Assembly: GCA_001871195.1 (NCBI GenBank)
Contig: MNXA01000045.1
Location: forward strand, 21,845-45,844
Length of the DNA stretch: 24,000 nucleotides
Direction: 5' to 3'
From: Zetaproteobacteria bacterium CG1_02_55_237
GTDB lineage: Bacteria > Pseudomonadota > Zetaproteobacteria > Mariprofundales > Mariprofundaceae
The translations under genes and the position numbers were made by a program. Under the pieces are notes generated by a model, which was not told the origin of the DNA, ran no database searches, and saw only the letters and a program-made list of their open reading frames with translations. Positions 1 through 8,359 of the stretch are shown here, one piece after another (positions within the stretch are counted from its first letter, which is position 1; every line of letters begins with the position of its first letter).

Positions 1-1089
1 GGTGAAGCGCCCGCTCTCGAACAGGGTTGTGATAATCGGCTCGGCTAGCAGCAGCAGGGCCAGCATCGAAGGCAGCGTGATCCAGGTTAGCCAACCAAGG
101 CCTAGGCGCAGGTCGGTCAGGGCTTCTGCATGTTGCTCTTTGGCGAAATGTTCGGATAAGGCGGGCAGCAGGGCCGTTCCCATGGCGATACCAAACAGCG
201 CCAAAGGTAGCTGCACAATTCGATCCGAGTAGTAAAGATAGGATACGGCGCCAACCGGCAGCAGGGTGGCCAGAATGGTGCCGACAAGGATATTAATCTG
301 CACTGCGGCGACCCCGACCACGGCCGGCCCGAACAGCTTTAGCGTGCGCCTAACCGCCGGATGGGCGACATTCCAGATCGGGCGTGGCGTCCAGCCGATC
401 CGCTTGAGTGCCGGAAACTGGATGATAAGTTGCAGTGCACCTCCGAGCAGCACGCCGATGGCCAGCGCCAGCGCCGGGTTGGTAAAGGAAGGTGCGAGAA
501 CGATGGCTGCGAAGATGATGGCCATGTTGAGCAGGGCGGGGCTGGCTGCGGCGACAGCAAAGCGACGGTAGGTGTTGAGCACGGCCCAAGACATGGCGGC
601 CAGTGAAATCATCGCCATATAAGGAAACATCCAGCGTGCCAGGGTTAGCGTTTGTTGCCAGCGATGCGGTTCGTCATGAAAGCCAGGTGCGAAGATGTAC
701 AGCAAGGCCGGCATGCCGAGCATGCCGAGGATGGTGAAGACAAGCAGTGTCGCCAGCAGTAGGCCGGCCAGCGCATTGAGGAAGTCGTGGGCTGCCGCCT
801 CGCCCTGTTTACGTTCTTCGGCAAGTACGGGCACCAGAGCAACGGTCAGGGTGCCCTCGGCAAACATGCGGCGGAAGAAATTGGGTAATTTGAAGGCGAC
901 AAAGAAAGCATCGGCCAGCATGCCGGCGCCCAGTACGCGCGCCAGTAGAATATCGCGCACAAAACCCAACAGGCGGGAAAACAGTGTCCAGCTACCGATG
1001 GTGCCAGCAGTTCTCAGCAGGCGACCCGTGCCGGAGGCGCTGGCCTTGGCCGTTTCCGCTTCGTTTAAATTTGACTTATTGTCGCCCAT
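1..1089 (-). CDS. murJ: Lipid II flippase MurJ/MviN, N-terminal 363 codons; the 3' end lies beyond the left edge
   Basis: Absent from the ORF track because it has no stop in the window. My translation of the minus strand from ATG 1089..1087 stays open to position 1: MGDNKSNLNEAETAKASASGTGRLLRTAGTIGSWTLFSRLLGFVRDILLARVLGAGMLADAFFVAFKLPNFFRRMFAEGTLTVALVPVLAEE...EPIITTLFESGRFT. The FSRxLGFVRD and AFFVAFKLPNxFRRxFAEG blocks are typical of the MurJ N-terminus. Hydrophobic throughout. Confidence 0.88.
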   Translation of the reverse strand, partial: MGDNKSNLNEAETAKASASGTGRLLRTAGTIGSWTLFSRLLGFVRDILLARVLGAGMLADAFFVAFKLPNFFRRMFAEGTLTVALVPVLAEERKQGEAAAHDFLNALAGLLLATLLVFTILGMLGMPALLYIFAPGFHDEPHRWQQTLTLARWMFPYMAMISLAAMSWAVLNTYRRFAVAAASPALLNMAIIFAAIVLAPSFTNPALALAIGVLLGGALQLIIQFPALKRIGWTPRPIWNVAHPAVRRTLKLFGPAVVGVAAVQINILVGTILATLLPVGAVSYLYYSDRIVQLPLALFGIAMGTALLPALSEHFAKEQHAEALTDLRLGLGWLTWITLPSMLALLLLAEPIITTLFESGRFT

Positions 1090-1182
1090 GGTGATAATCC
1101 GCCGCCCTTCATGTAAGGCCCGTTCGCCTAGGCACAGCTTACGCATGTGCAGGCAAAAAGAAAAAGGGGGTGATGTTTTTAC

Positions 1183-1398
1183 ATGCCAGGAATCAAAGTA
1201 GATTCTGACGACTTATTCGAAAATGCGCTGAAGCGTTTCCGCAAACAGGTGGAGCGCGCAGGTGTGGTCAGTGAGTGCCGCCGCCGCGAGTGTTACGAAA
1301 AGCCCTCTATTGCCAGCAAACGCAAGGAGGCTGCAGCTCGCAAGCGCCTGATGAAACGCTTGAGTCGTATCCGCCGCCGCGAGTCACGCGACTTTTAG
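1183..1398 (+). CDS. rpsU: 30S ribosomal protein S21
   Basis: 71-aa basic [63 protein letters not shown]. Typical S21 sequence and length. It sits at the head of an rpsU-dnaG-rpoD arrangement. Confidence 0.95.
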   Translation: MPGIKVDSDDLFENALKRFRKQVERAGVVSECRRRECYEKPSIASKRKEAAARKRLMKRLSRIRRRESRDF

Positions 1399-1414
1399 GC
1401 GTAGCGAAGTGTTG

Positions 1415-1446
1415 AAAATGCCGGGCGTTTATCGCCCGGCATTTTT
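1415..1446 (+). terminator. Rho-independent terminator/attenuator downstream of rpsU
   Basis: AAAATGCCGGGCG-TTTAT-CGCCCGGCATTTTT: a GC-rich 9-bp core stem followed by a T-run, 17 nt after the rpsU stop. Analogous to the internal terminator of the E. coli MMS operon. Confidence 0.7.
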
Positions 1447-1491
1447 CTCATCCTTTTAGAATATTACAGAATAAACAGATCGGGAGGCCGC

Positions 1492-1935
1492 ATGCTGGAC
1501 CAGCGCATTACCGAGGATATGAAAAAAGCCATGAAGGCGGGCAACAAGGAAGCCTTGTCTGCTATCCGCATGCTCAAGTCTGCCATCAAGGACAGGCAGA
1601 TCGAGTTGCGCCGCGATATGGAAGATGAAGAAGTGTTGGCGCTTATCGGCAAGCTGGTCAAACAGCGTCGCGAGGCTGCTCGTCAGTATGCCGAGGCCGG
1701 GCGCGCCGATCTTGAAGCCAAGGAATTGCGTGAGGCCGACGTCTATATCGCCTACCTCCCCGAGCCACTTAGCGAAACAGAACTTGCAGCCATGCTGGAT
1801 ACCGTGCTTGCAGAAACGGGTGCTGCCAGCCTGAAGGATATGGGCAAGGTGATGGCCGAGATGCGCAACAGGGCTGCCGGGCGTGCCGATATGGGGCAGC
1901 TTTCAGCTTTGGTTAAATCCCGTCTGGCCGCTTGA
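1492..1935 (+). CDS. GatB/YqeY domain-containing protein
   Basis: 147 aa, MLDQRITEDMKKAMKAGNKEALSAIRMLKSAIKDRQIE...DMGKVMAEMRNRAAGRADMGQLSALVKSRL. This matches the YqeY/GatB C-terminal-domain family pattern, which is often found next to rpsU. Confidence 0.85.
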   Translation: MLDQRITEDMKKAMKAGNKEALSAIRMLKSAIKDRQIELRRDMEDEEVLALIGKLVKQRREAARQYAEAGRADLEAKELREADVYIAYLPEPLSETELAAMLDTVLAETGAASLKDMGKVMAEMRNRAAGRADMGQLSALVKSRLAA

Positions 1936-2009
1936 AGCCGGATTGTTTGCGGCCTGACAGATCGGCGCCGATTGCTTGCATCAGGCTTGTTTAGGGTCTA
2001 CACAGGAAC

Positions 2010-3701
2010 ATGGCGCATTTTCCCACTGAATTTCTCGATGAGGTATTGGCTCGCACCGATATAGTCGAATTGATTGCACGTCATGTTCAACTGAAAAAAT
2101 CCGGTAATAACTTCATGGGCCTGTGCCCCTTCCATCATGAAAAATCACCTTCCTTCTCGGTATCGGCCGATAAACAGTTGTTTTACTGCTTTGGCTGCGG
2201 CAAGGGTGGTGGTGCGTTTCAGTTTTTGACCGAACACGACGGCTATTCCTTTCCGGAGGCTGTCGAATATTTGGCCGAAAAGGCCGGGTTGGAAGTGCCG
2301 CAAAGCCTGGCGCCGGATAGCGGGGATCAGGAGAAGCGCAAGCGTGCACTGGCCCTGCTGGAGCAGGGGGCCACCCTGTTTGCGCGTGCCCTGATGTCAC
2401 AGGAAGGCAAAGCAGGACTGGATTATTTCCATCGCCGCAAGCTGTCGCAGGATATCATCAGCAAATACAGGCTGGGCTATGCACTGCCGGGCTACGGGTT
2501 TCTGGAGAAGGTGCTTGGACGTGATGCACGTATGCAGGCGCAATTGGAAGCGGTGGGCTTGATGTTCAAGGGTGATCGCGGATACGTCGATCGCTTTCGT
2601 GCCCGGGTGATGTTTCCGATCACCGACCGGCGCGGTCAGGTGGTTGGTTTCGGCGGGCGCATTCTTGATCAGGGTGAGCCGAAATACCTGAATTCGCCGG
2701 AAACAGCATACTTTCATAAATCCGACCTGCTCTACGGTTTTTCCGAACATCGCGACGAGATTCGCAGCCGCAAGCTGCTGGTGGTGGTGGAAGGGTATAT
2801 GGATGTGCTGGCCATGGCAGCTCATGGCCTGCCTGTGGGTTTGGCCCCGCTGGGAACGGCGATTGGCGAGCGGCAGGTGCGTGAGATTCTACGCCTGCAC
2901 GCGGAGCCTGTGTTTTGTTTCGACGGAGATCGGGCTGGTAAGCAGGCATCGTGGCGCGCGCTGGAGCGGATGTTGCCGGTACTTTCCTCCGACTACGGGC
3001 CGCGTTTTCTGTATCTGCCTGAGGGCGAAGACCCGGATAGCATTTTGCAGCGCGAGGGTGCCGATGCTTTTGTGCAGCGTCTTGAGATAGAGGCAAAGCC
3101 GGTGCTGGATACCTGGATACAGGGCTTGAAGAATCTGGCAGGAAGCGGGGTGGAAGGGCGAGCACGCATGGCCAAGAAGGCCGATGCCATGCTTGCCGTG
3201 ATGCAGGACGACTATCTCAGACAGGTTTGGCGTCAGGAGGCCGAGAAGGTGACCACGCTGAAGCTTAAGGCCCCGGAAGCCTCGCCCAGGAAGCCGCATC
3301 CAATATCCAGAGTGGCCTCGCTGGCAACCCCGAATCAGGAGAAATTCCTTGCCGCTTTGCTGCAAAAGCCGGAGCGAATTCGCCCCCTGCTGCTCGATCA
3401 GAACGTGTTTTTTCTTGACGATGATGGGTTAAATTTGGTATACACGCGCGTTTTAGAATTAGCGGCCACAAATACAGGTGTTGTACAGGCGCTGTTGCTC
3501 GAATTCCCTCAGGAAGAACGAATCCCTCTGTGGGCCAGTCAGTCAGACATATCTGATGAAGAATACGAGAAATTAGAGCTCTTGATGAGAGAGAGGCATT
3601 TGCATCGGCTGTGTAAGAAGCCCGGGACGCTTGAAGAAAAAACGTATCGTCAGGAACAGTGGAAAAAGATAAGTGAAAAACTCAAAAAGGTTGGACATTG
3701 A
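2010..3701 (+). CDS. dnaG: DNA primase
   Basis: 563 aa. Zinc-ribbon [13 protein letters not shown]...CFGCGKGG, and TOPRIM motifs VVVEGYMDV and [11 protein letters not shown]. Its stop overlaps the rpoD start (ATGA at 3698-3701). Confidence 0.95.
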   Translation: MAHFPTEFLDEVLARTDIVELIARHVQLKKSGNNFMGLCPFHHEKSPSFSVSADKQLFYCFGCGKGGGAFQFLTEHDGYSFPEAVEYLAEKAGLEVPQSLAPDSGDQEKRKRALALLEQGATLFARALMSQEGKAGLDYFHRRKLSQDIISKYRLGYALPGYGFLEKVLGRDARMQAQLEAVGLMFKGDRGYVDRFRARVMFPITDRRGQVVGFGGRILDQGEPKYLNSPETAYFHKSDLLYGFSEHRDEIRSRKLLVVVEGYMDVLAMAAHGLPVGLAPLGTAIGERQVREILRLHAEPVFCFDGDRAGKQASWRALERMLPVLSSDYGPRFLYLPEGEDPDSILQREGADAFVQRLEIEAKPVLDTWIQGLKNLAGSGVEGRARMAKKADAMLAVMQDDYLRQVWRQEAEKVTTLKLKAPEASPRKPHPISRVASLATPNQEKFLAALLQKPERIRPLLLDQNVFFLDDDGLNLVYTRVLELAATNTGVVQALLLEFPQEERIPLWASQSDISDEEYEKLELLMRERHLHRLCKKPGTLEEKTYRQEQWKKISEKLKKVGH

Positions 3702-5638
3702 TGGCTGATAAAGAACAGGTACGGCTGCAGAACATGGGCGCGCTGATGGCGCGCGGCAAGGCAGAAGGTTTCATCACCTATGATGATTTGAATAAGCATC
3801 TGCCCGAAGGCTTGGTAAGCCCGGATCAGGTGGAGAAGATCATCAATCTGTTCACTGAAATGGGTATCGATGTTGTCGATCCCGAGCGTGCGCCAAACAG
3901 TGAGTACGGTATGCGCAAGGACCGTCTGCGCAAAGAGGATTCGGCACTCAGGGCGGACACCACGACGCTGGGCACGGTGATTCGCATCGATGACCCGGTG
4001 CGTATGTATCTGCGCGAGATGGGTACCGTCGAACTGCTTACCCGTGAGGGCGAGATCGAGATTGCCCGGCGTATTGAAGAGGGTCGCACCCAGGTACTGG
4101 AGGCTATTTGTCTTTGTCCGGCCACCTTCCGTGAAATCATGCTGCTCGGCGAGCAGGTGCAGGAAGATGATGCCAATCTGCGCCATGTGCTGGATATCGA
4201 CGAGAAGGTCGTCAATGCCGCCGCTATTGCCGAGTATGAATCGCGCCTGAACAAGTCCTCCGACGACGACCTGGACGATGGCGAGGAAGAGGCCGAGATG
4301 GACCCCGAGCAGCTGGATGAGGCCATCAAGGCTCGCACAGCCACGCCCGACGGCACGCCGATGCAGGAAATGATCATCACGCGCGAGGAGCAGCTGGAAG
4401 AGGCAATCAAGCACTTTAAGGCTGCCAATGTGCTGCACGACGAGTTTCTGGCTTTGAAGAAAGAGTGCGATGCAAATCCGGCCGATGAGGGATTGAGTCG
4501 GAAGATGCGCGCTGTGCTCGAAGCGATGTTGGCAGAGCTGGTTAGCATTCCGTTTTCCAGCAGGCAGATCGATATGCTGGTGCAACGTTTCAAGAATGCA
4601 GTGGAACGGGTGCGCAAGTACGAGCGGGCGATTCGCGATCAGGCGTTGAAAGCAAAAATGCCGCGCAAGCTGTTCATTGAGACCTTTGCCGAAAGAACCA
4701 ATGATGAGCGTTGGGTGGATTCCGTTCTTGAGGCGCATCCGAGTGAGGCCTGGACCCCGGCGGTTGAGGAAATTGCCGGCAAGATCAGGGAAAACCAGCG
4801 GCGCATCAAGCGCGTCGAGCAGGATGTGGAAATGGACGTCACCGAGCTCAAGCTCGTGGCACGTCGCCTGACCATGGGTGAGGCCAAAGCACGTCAGGCC
4901 AAGCGCGAGATGATCGAGGCCAACCTGCGTCTGGTGATTTCAATCGCCAAGAAGTACACCAACCGCGGTCTTGGATTTCTCGATTTGATCCAGGAAGGCA
5001 ATATCGGTCTGATGAAGGCCGTGGACAAGTTCGAGTGGCGCCGTGGTTATAAATTTTCTACCTATGCAACATGGTGGATCCGTCAGGCCATCACCCGTTC
5101 GATTGCAGATCAGGCGCGCACCATTCGTATTCCGGTGCACATGATCGAAACCATCAACAAGATGATGCGCGTGTCACGTCAGATTGCGCAGGAGGTTGGT
5201 CGCGAACCGACGCCTGAGGAACTGGCTGTTTATCTTGAGCTGCCGGAGGAAAAAGTGCGGCAGATTCTTGAGGTTGCCAAGGAGCCGGTGTCTCTGGAGA
5301 CACCGATCGGCGACGAGGAAGATTCCCAGTTGCTCGATTTCGTCGAGGATGAGAATGCCGAGAATCCGTTGGACGGTGCAGTTAATTCAGCACTTGCCGA
5401 GGCCACCCTTGAGGTGTTGGAGCAGCTCACCGAGCGCGAGCAGAAGGTACTGCGCATGCGTTTCGGTATCGGCATGAACACCGACCATACGCTGGAAGAG
5501 GTTGGCAAGCAGTTCGGCGTGACCCGCGAGCGCATCCGTCAGATTGAGGCCAAGGCGCTGCGTAAACTGCGTCACCCGTCGCGAGCCAAGAAGCTCAAGA
5601 CCTTTGCCGAGAATCCTGACGCAACACCAACGGCTTAA
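3698..5638 (+). CDS. rpoD: RNA polymerase primary sigma factor (sigma-70)
   Basis: 646 aa. Region 2 reads [58 protein letters not shown]. Region 4.2 reads [30 protein letters not shown]. It also has the acidic non-conserved insert ([22 protein letters not shown]) typical of proteobacterial RpoD. Confidence 0.97.
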   Translation: MMADKEQVRLQNMGALMARGKAEGFITYDDLNKHLPEGLVSPDQVEKIINLFTEMGIDVVDPERAPNSEYGMRKDRLRKEDSALRADTTTLGTVIRIDDPVRMYLREMGTVELLTREGEIEIARRIEEGRTQVLEAICLCPATFREIMLLGEQVQEDDANLRHVLDIDEKVVNAAAIAEYESRLNKSSDDDLDDGEEEAEMDPEQLDEAIKARTATPDGTPMQEMIITREEQLEEAIKHFKAANVLHDEFLALKKECDANPADEGLSRKMRAVLEAMLAELVSIPFSSRQIDMLVQRFKNAVERVRKYERAIRDQALKAKMPRKLFIETFAERTNDERWVDSVLEAHPSEAWTPAVEEIAGKIRENQRRIKRVEQDVEMDVTELKLVARRLTMGEAKARQAKREMIEANLRLVISIAKKYTNRGLGFLDLIQEGNIGLMKAVDKFEWRRGYKFSTYATWWIRQAITRSIADQARTIRIPVHMIETINKMMRVSRQIAQEVGREPTPEELAVYLELPEEKVRQILEVAKEPVSLETPIGDEEDSQLLDFVEDENAENPLDGAVNSALAEATLEVLEQLTEREQKVLRMRFGIGMNTDHTLEEVGKQFGVTRERIRQIEAKALRKLRHPSRAKKLKTFAENPDATPTA

Positions 5639-5651
5639 TAGCGTTGATATG

Positions 5652-5691
5652 AAAAAAACGGCAGGTCTTTTCGGCCTGCCGTTTTGTTTTT
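5652..5691 (+). terminator. Rho-independent terminator of rpoD
   Basis: AAAAAAACGGCAGG-TCTTTTCGG-CCTGCCGTTTTGTTTTT: an 8-bp stem (ACGGCAGG/CCTGCCGT) followed by a T-run, 14 nt after the rpoD stop. Confidence 0.8.
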
Positions 5692-5812
5692 ATCCCCTGA
5701 TTAGAAACCGCTGCACTACAGGACTCACAGAGAGTGCCGGGAAAACCAAACCGACAAATCAGGTGCCTGGGTGTTGCTAAAGCCTCTTGAGTGGTGATGG
5801 TTTTTCTCTGTG

Positions 5813-5986
5813 GCGAATGCCTTATCTTCTTCTTTGCGTGCCCAAAGAAGAAGCAAGAAAGGGCACCCACGGGCAGCTGTGAAGGCTCCGGGCCGGGCCC
5901 CTGTCCGTCGGCGCAAACCGGGAATTAAGCCCCCTCTTTTTGCGCAAGGCCCCGCCGGTCAGGTACCCGCCCCGGCACAGCTGCAA
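5813..5986. repeat. Structured intergenic repeat, copy 1 (REP/MITE-like or ncRNA; unclassified)
   Basis: About 170 nt, alignable to 23654-23826 in the same orientation. The first ~55 nt are near-identical. It contains an 11-bp hairpin (CTTCTTCTTTG-CGTGCC-CAAAGAAGAAG, 5817-5844), an alternative GTGCCC/GGGCAC pairing (5829-5834 with 5852-5857), and a ~126-nt imperfect hairpin (5857-5982) closed by GCAGCTGTG/CACAGCTGC. Confidence 0.8.
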
Positions 5987-6096
5987 GTGGGACCGAAGCC
6001 AAAGAAAGGGACAAAGGCAGGGGGATATTCTCTTTCGCAAGAGTAGTCATCCTGATGGTCTTCGCGGTGAATCGATTCCGGGCTTATTCGGGAGGA

Positions 6097-6891
6097 CTAC
6101 TCGGGAGGAATGTGGATGCGCTCGATACGTTCGGCGCGGCGTGTTTGTGGGTTGATGCCGACCAGGGTGGCAAAAATACTCGCACCGCGTTCTGCAGCGG
6201 TAAATCGTTGCGGCATGCGCTCGATCATGCGTTTGAGCGCGCTCTCTACCTGCATGCCGATGATGGACTGGTAGCAGCCTGTCATGCCGAGGTCGGTCTG
6301 ATAGGCCGTACCCTTGGGTAGAATGGTTTCATCGCAGGTCGGCACATGCGTATGTGTACCGAAAACGAAGGACGCGCGTCCATCCAGATGCCAGCCCATG
6401 CCCATTTTTTCGCTGGTGGCTTCGGCATGCATGTCGACGATGATGGCTGATACGTCGTTGGGGATGTCATCCATGATGTTGTTTGCAGCGGCGAACGGGC
6501 AGTCCCATCCCCCCATGAATACCTGACCAATCAGATTGACCACGGCAATGCGATGTCCTGCCGCCGTTTCGCGTATCGTCCAGCCGCGACCGGGGGCTGC
6601 GGAAGTAAAATTGGCCGGTCGGACAAAGCGATCATCCCTGTCCATCACCGGCATTATTTCGCGCTGGTCCCAGCAATGGTTGCCGTTGGTCAGCACATCA
6701 ACGCCCAGGTTGAACATTTCATCGGCTGTTTTTTCGGTCAGCCCGAAACCGGAGGCGAGGTTTTCCCCGTTGGCCACCACGAAGTCGATCTGATGCCGGT
6801 CGATCAGGCTGGAAAGATGCGACTGCAGGGCGCGCCTGCCGGCTCTGCCAATGATGTCGCCGATGGCAAGGATGTTCAGTAATTCCGGCAT
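6097..6891 (-). CDS. YmdB-like metallophosphoesterase (TIGR00282 family; 2',3'-cyclic-nucleotide phosphodiesterase-like)
   Basis: The ORF track gives 6097..7038, but family similarity begins at MPELLNILAIGDIIGRAGRRAL (ATG at 6891..6889). Typical motifs: GDIIGRAGR, VANGENLASGFGLT, GNHCWDQRE and VDMHAEATSEK. The upstream extension overlaps the 5-FCL gene, so it was trimmed. Confidence 0.85.
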   Translation of the reverse strand: MPELLNILAIGDIIGRAGRRALQSHLSSLIDRHQIDFVVANGENLASGFGLTEKTADEMFNLGVDVLTNGNHCWDQREIMPVMDRDDRFVRPANFTSAAPGRGWTIRETAAGHRIAVVNLIGQVFMGGWDCPFAAANNIMDDIPNDVSAIIVDMHAEATSEKMGMGWHLDGRASFVFGTHTHVPTCDETILPKGTAYQTDLGMTGCYQSIIGMQVESALKRMIERMPQRFTAAERGASIFATLVGINPQTRRAERIERIHIPPE

Positions 6892-7466
6892 GCGATGTTT
6901 TCTTCCTCGGTAATAATGATGTCCAGCGGAATATCGTGATTCTCGGCTGGTATGGGTGGACATTCCTGACAGGCAAAGGCCAATCCAACACTCAGCAGGA
7001 TATGGTTTTTTGCCTCGCCAAGCCAGCGGTCGAAGCACCCCTTGCCCAAGCCGAGACGATTGCCGCTTCTGTCGAAACCGACCAGCGGGCAGGCAAGCAC
7101 GGCCGGTTTATCCGCAGGCGACCATGGTTCTCCATCCACAGGCTCCATGATGCCGAAGCTGCCGCGCTGCCATCGGGTTTGGGCATCAATGCGCTGCCAA
7201 TGCATATGTCCGGCATGATGGGTGACCGGGGCGTAAACATCCCGGCCGGCCAGTCCTGCGCATGCCTCAAATAGCTGAGTGGTATCCACTTCATCGCTGA
7301 GTGAGCGATAAATCAGCAGAGGGCTGTCGGATAAGCGGCTGTCGTGCTCAGCCAGATAATCGAGCAAGCCTTGCACGATTCTTGCGGAGGCATTCTGGCG
7401 CATCTGTTCGGGCATTGCGCGCCGGCGGGCCAGCGCCTGCTGTCGGAGTTGGTCTTTGTTGTTCAT
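6876..7466 (-). CDS. 5-formyltetrahydrofolate cyclo-ligase
   Basis: 196 aa, with KDQLRQQALARRRAM...LLIYRSLSDEVDT...PLVGFDRSGNRLGLGKGCFDRWL...HDIPLDIIITEE, the MTHFS/YgfA family pattern. It lies directly downstream of a 6S RNA, as in the E. coli zapA-ssrS-ygfA arrangement. Confidence 0.9.
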   Translation of the reverse strand: MNNKDQLRQQALARRRAMPEQMRQNASARIVQGLLDYLAEHDSRLSDSPLLIYRSLSDEVDTTQLFEACAGLAGRDVYAPVTHHAGHMHWQRIDAQTRWQRGSFGIMEPVDGEPWSPADKPAVLACPLVGFDRSGNRLGLGKGCFDRWLGEAKNHILLSVGLAFACQECPPIPAENHDIPLDIIITEEENIACRNY

Positions 7467-7544
7467 GCTTGAGCCTGTTTGTCGGGCAGGATTCGAGCTC
7501 GGAGGGGCGGCTGGTCTTGCCGTATGGGCATAAAAGAAGCAGGC

Positions 7545-7735
7545 ATAAAAAGGGCGCCCCCGCGCTGACGTATTGGCAATAATGTGCCGAACCCTCTCAA
7601 TTGAGGTGGGCGCCGCACTCTGGCGTCAGGTTTCCCGAAAAACGGGATACACACGACCAGAATAGCTAAGCTCCCGGTCAGCAATTATCGGCTCGGGCAA
7701 TAAGTTGCCTTACGCTCAACGCAGGGGCGCTTCTG
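7545..7735 (-). ncRNA. ssrS: 6S RNA (boundaries approximate, +/-10 nt)
   Basis: Position between zapA and 5-FCL matches the gammaproteobacterial synteny. The minus strand contains CCCGAGCCGAUAAUUG (E. coli 6S has CCUGAGCCGAUAUUU) and CAAUUGAGAGGGUUCGG (E. coli has CCAAGGGUUCAAGGGUU). The 5' segment GCGCCCCUGCGUUGAGCGUAAGGCAA can pair with the 3' segment UUGCCAAUACGUCAGCGCGGGGGCGC to make the long closing helix. Implied length is ~185 nt. The 3' end is followed by a U-run. Confidence 0.7.
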
Positions 7736-8009
7736 CCAGACCCTGTGCCTGTGACACGATGGTGTCGAGTTGCTCAAGCAAACCATCGACATCCTGACTT
7801 TGACTTTCTTTTCCCCTGAGTAACTCGCCGGCCAGATTCAATGCCACCAGTGTTAGCAGGCGATCCGAAGCGACCGTCGTACCCAGTTGCCTGATTTCAT
7901 CAATGCGTTGCTGCACCAGAGCGGCGGCTGCTTCCACCTGTTCGGGCTTGTCATTGCTGCGCACGGAAAAGGTGCGTCCCATCAGGGTGATGTTGACGAC
8001 TTCGCTCAT
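7716..8009 (-). CDS. zapA: Cell division protein ZapA
   Basis: 97 aa, MSEVVNITLMGRTFSVRSNDKPEQVEAAAALVQQRIDEIRQLGTTVASDRLLTLVALNLAGELL, the ZapA family pattern. Synteny with ssrS and 5-FCL. Confidence 0.9.
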   Translation of the reverse strand: MSEVVNITLMGRTFSVRSNDKPEQVEAAAALVQQRIDEIRQLGTTVASDRLLTLVALNLAGELLRGKESQSQDVDGLLEQLDTIVSQAQGLAEAPLR

Positions 8010-8296
8010 GATGGTGTGCTCTCCGACTGCTCAAGCAGGGTGTCCAATTGCTCCATGACATCATCCATGCGGGCACGGGCCTCGCTGCGTTTGTCATCCA
8101 GGCCCTGAATTTCCTGTTCCATATGCTGCACCTGATCGCGGCGCTTGCGCAGTTCGCTTTCGGCAAGCCGAACAACTTCACGCAGGCGCTGGTTTTCGGC
8201 CATCAGTCCTTCCATCTTGCGACGGATTTCACCCAGTGCGTCACTGAGTTTCTGTTGCCTTTCGCTAAAGGCCTGATGCAGATCGGTATTGGACAT
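8006..8296 (-). CDS. Coiled-coil protein, TIGR02449/ZapB-like
   Basis: Heptad-rich sequence MSNTDLHQAFSERQQKLSDALGEIRRKMEGLMAENQRLREVVRLAESELRKRRDQVQHMEQEIQGL. It lies immediately upstream of and overlapping zapA (ATGA), as for the TIGR02449 proteins that precede zapA in pseudomonads. The track ORF starts at a TTG (8341) with no SD, so I prefer ATG 8296. The start is uncertain. Confidence 0.6.
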   Translation of the reverse strand: MSNTDLHQAFSERQQKLSDALGEIRRKMEGLMAENQRLREVVRLAESELRKRRDQVQHMEQEIQGLDDKRSEARARMDDVMEQLDTLLEQSESTPS

Positions 8297-8359
8297 AAGT
8301 CCATTGAAGCACTGCGGCGGGGGATGGTCAATACTCTGCAAAAGGGGGGTGATGCCTTG

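Noticed and set aside
5692-5812. I checked the rpoD-downstream spacer, and the other intergenic gaps (14269-14400, 17289-17403, 20113-20530), for tRNA, tmRNA or CRISPR-like features.
   Set aside because: No cloverleaf-compatible acceptor or T-arm sequences (no GTTCRANYC-type box with matching acceptor stems) were found. No regularly spaced direct repeats were found either.
5595-6046. ORFs crossing the repeat copies share peptides. MGALSCFFFGHAKKKI appears in 5595-5870(-) and 23508-23702(-). SLRAQRRSKKGHPR...KPGIKP.LFAQGP appears in 5810-6046(+) and 23618-23830(+). This could be read as a duplicated small protein.
   Set aside because: The shared peptides only reflect repeated DNA. A 1-nt indel (CAAGGCCCCGCC against CAAGGCCCGCC) breaks the plus-strand frame, start and stop positions differ, and no SD is present. 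The substitution pattern preserves base pairing, not codons.
6079-6100. Short tandem duplication TCGGGAGGA-CTAC-TCGGGAGGA spanning the YmdB-like stop codon.
   Set aside because: There are only two 9-nt units, partly inside the coding sequence (..HIPPE*). This is consistent with a trivial slippage duplication, and no array or structure is present.
6892-7038. 49-codon N-terminal extension of the YmdB-like ORF in the track (start at 7038).
   Set aside because: The extension lies wholly inside the 5-FCL coding region in another frame and has no family similarity. Homology begins at MPELLNILAIGD (ATG 6891).
8297-8341. TTG-initiated extension of the coiled-coil ORF (MQSIDHPPPQCFNGL...).
   Set aside because: It has a non-ATG start and no SD, and the extension is Pro-rich and not coiled-coil. 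ATG 8296 is preferred, although the true start remains uncertain.
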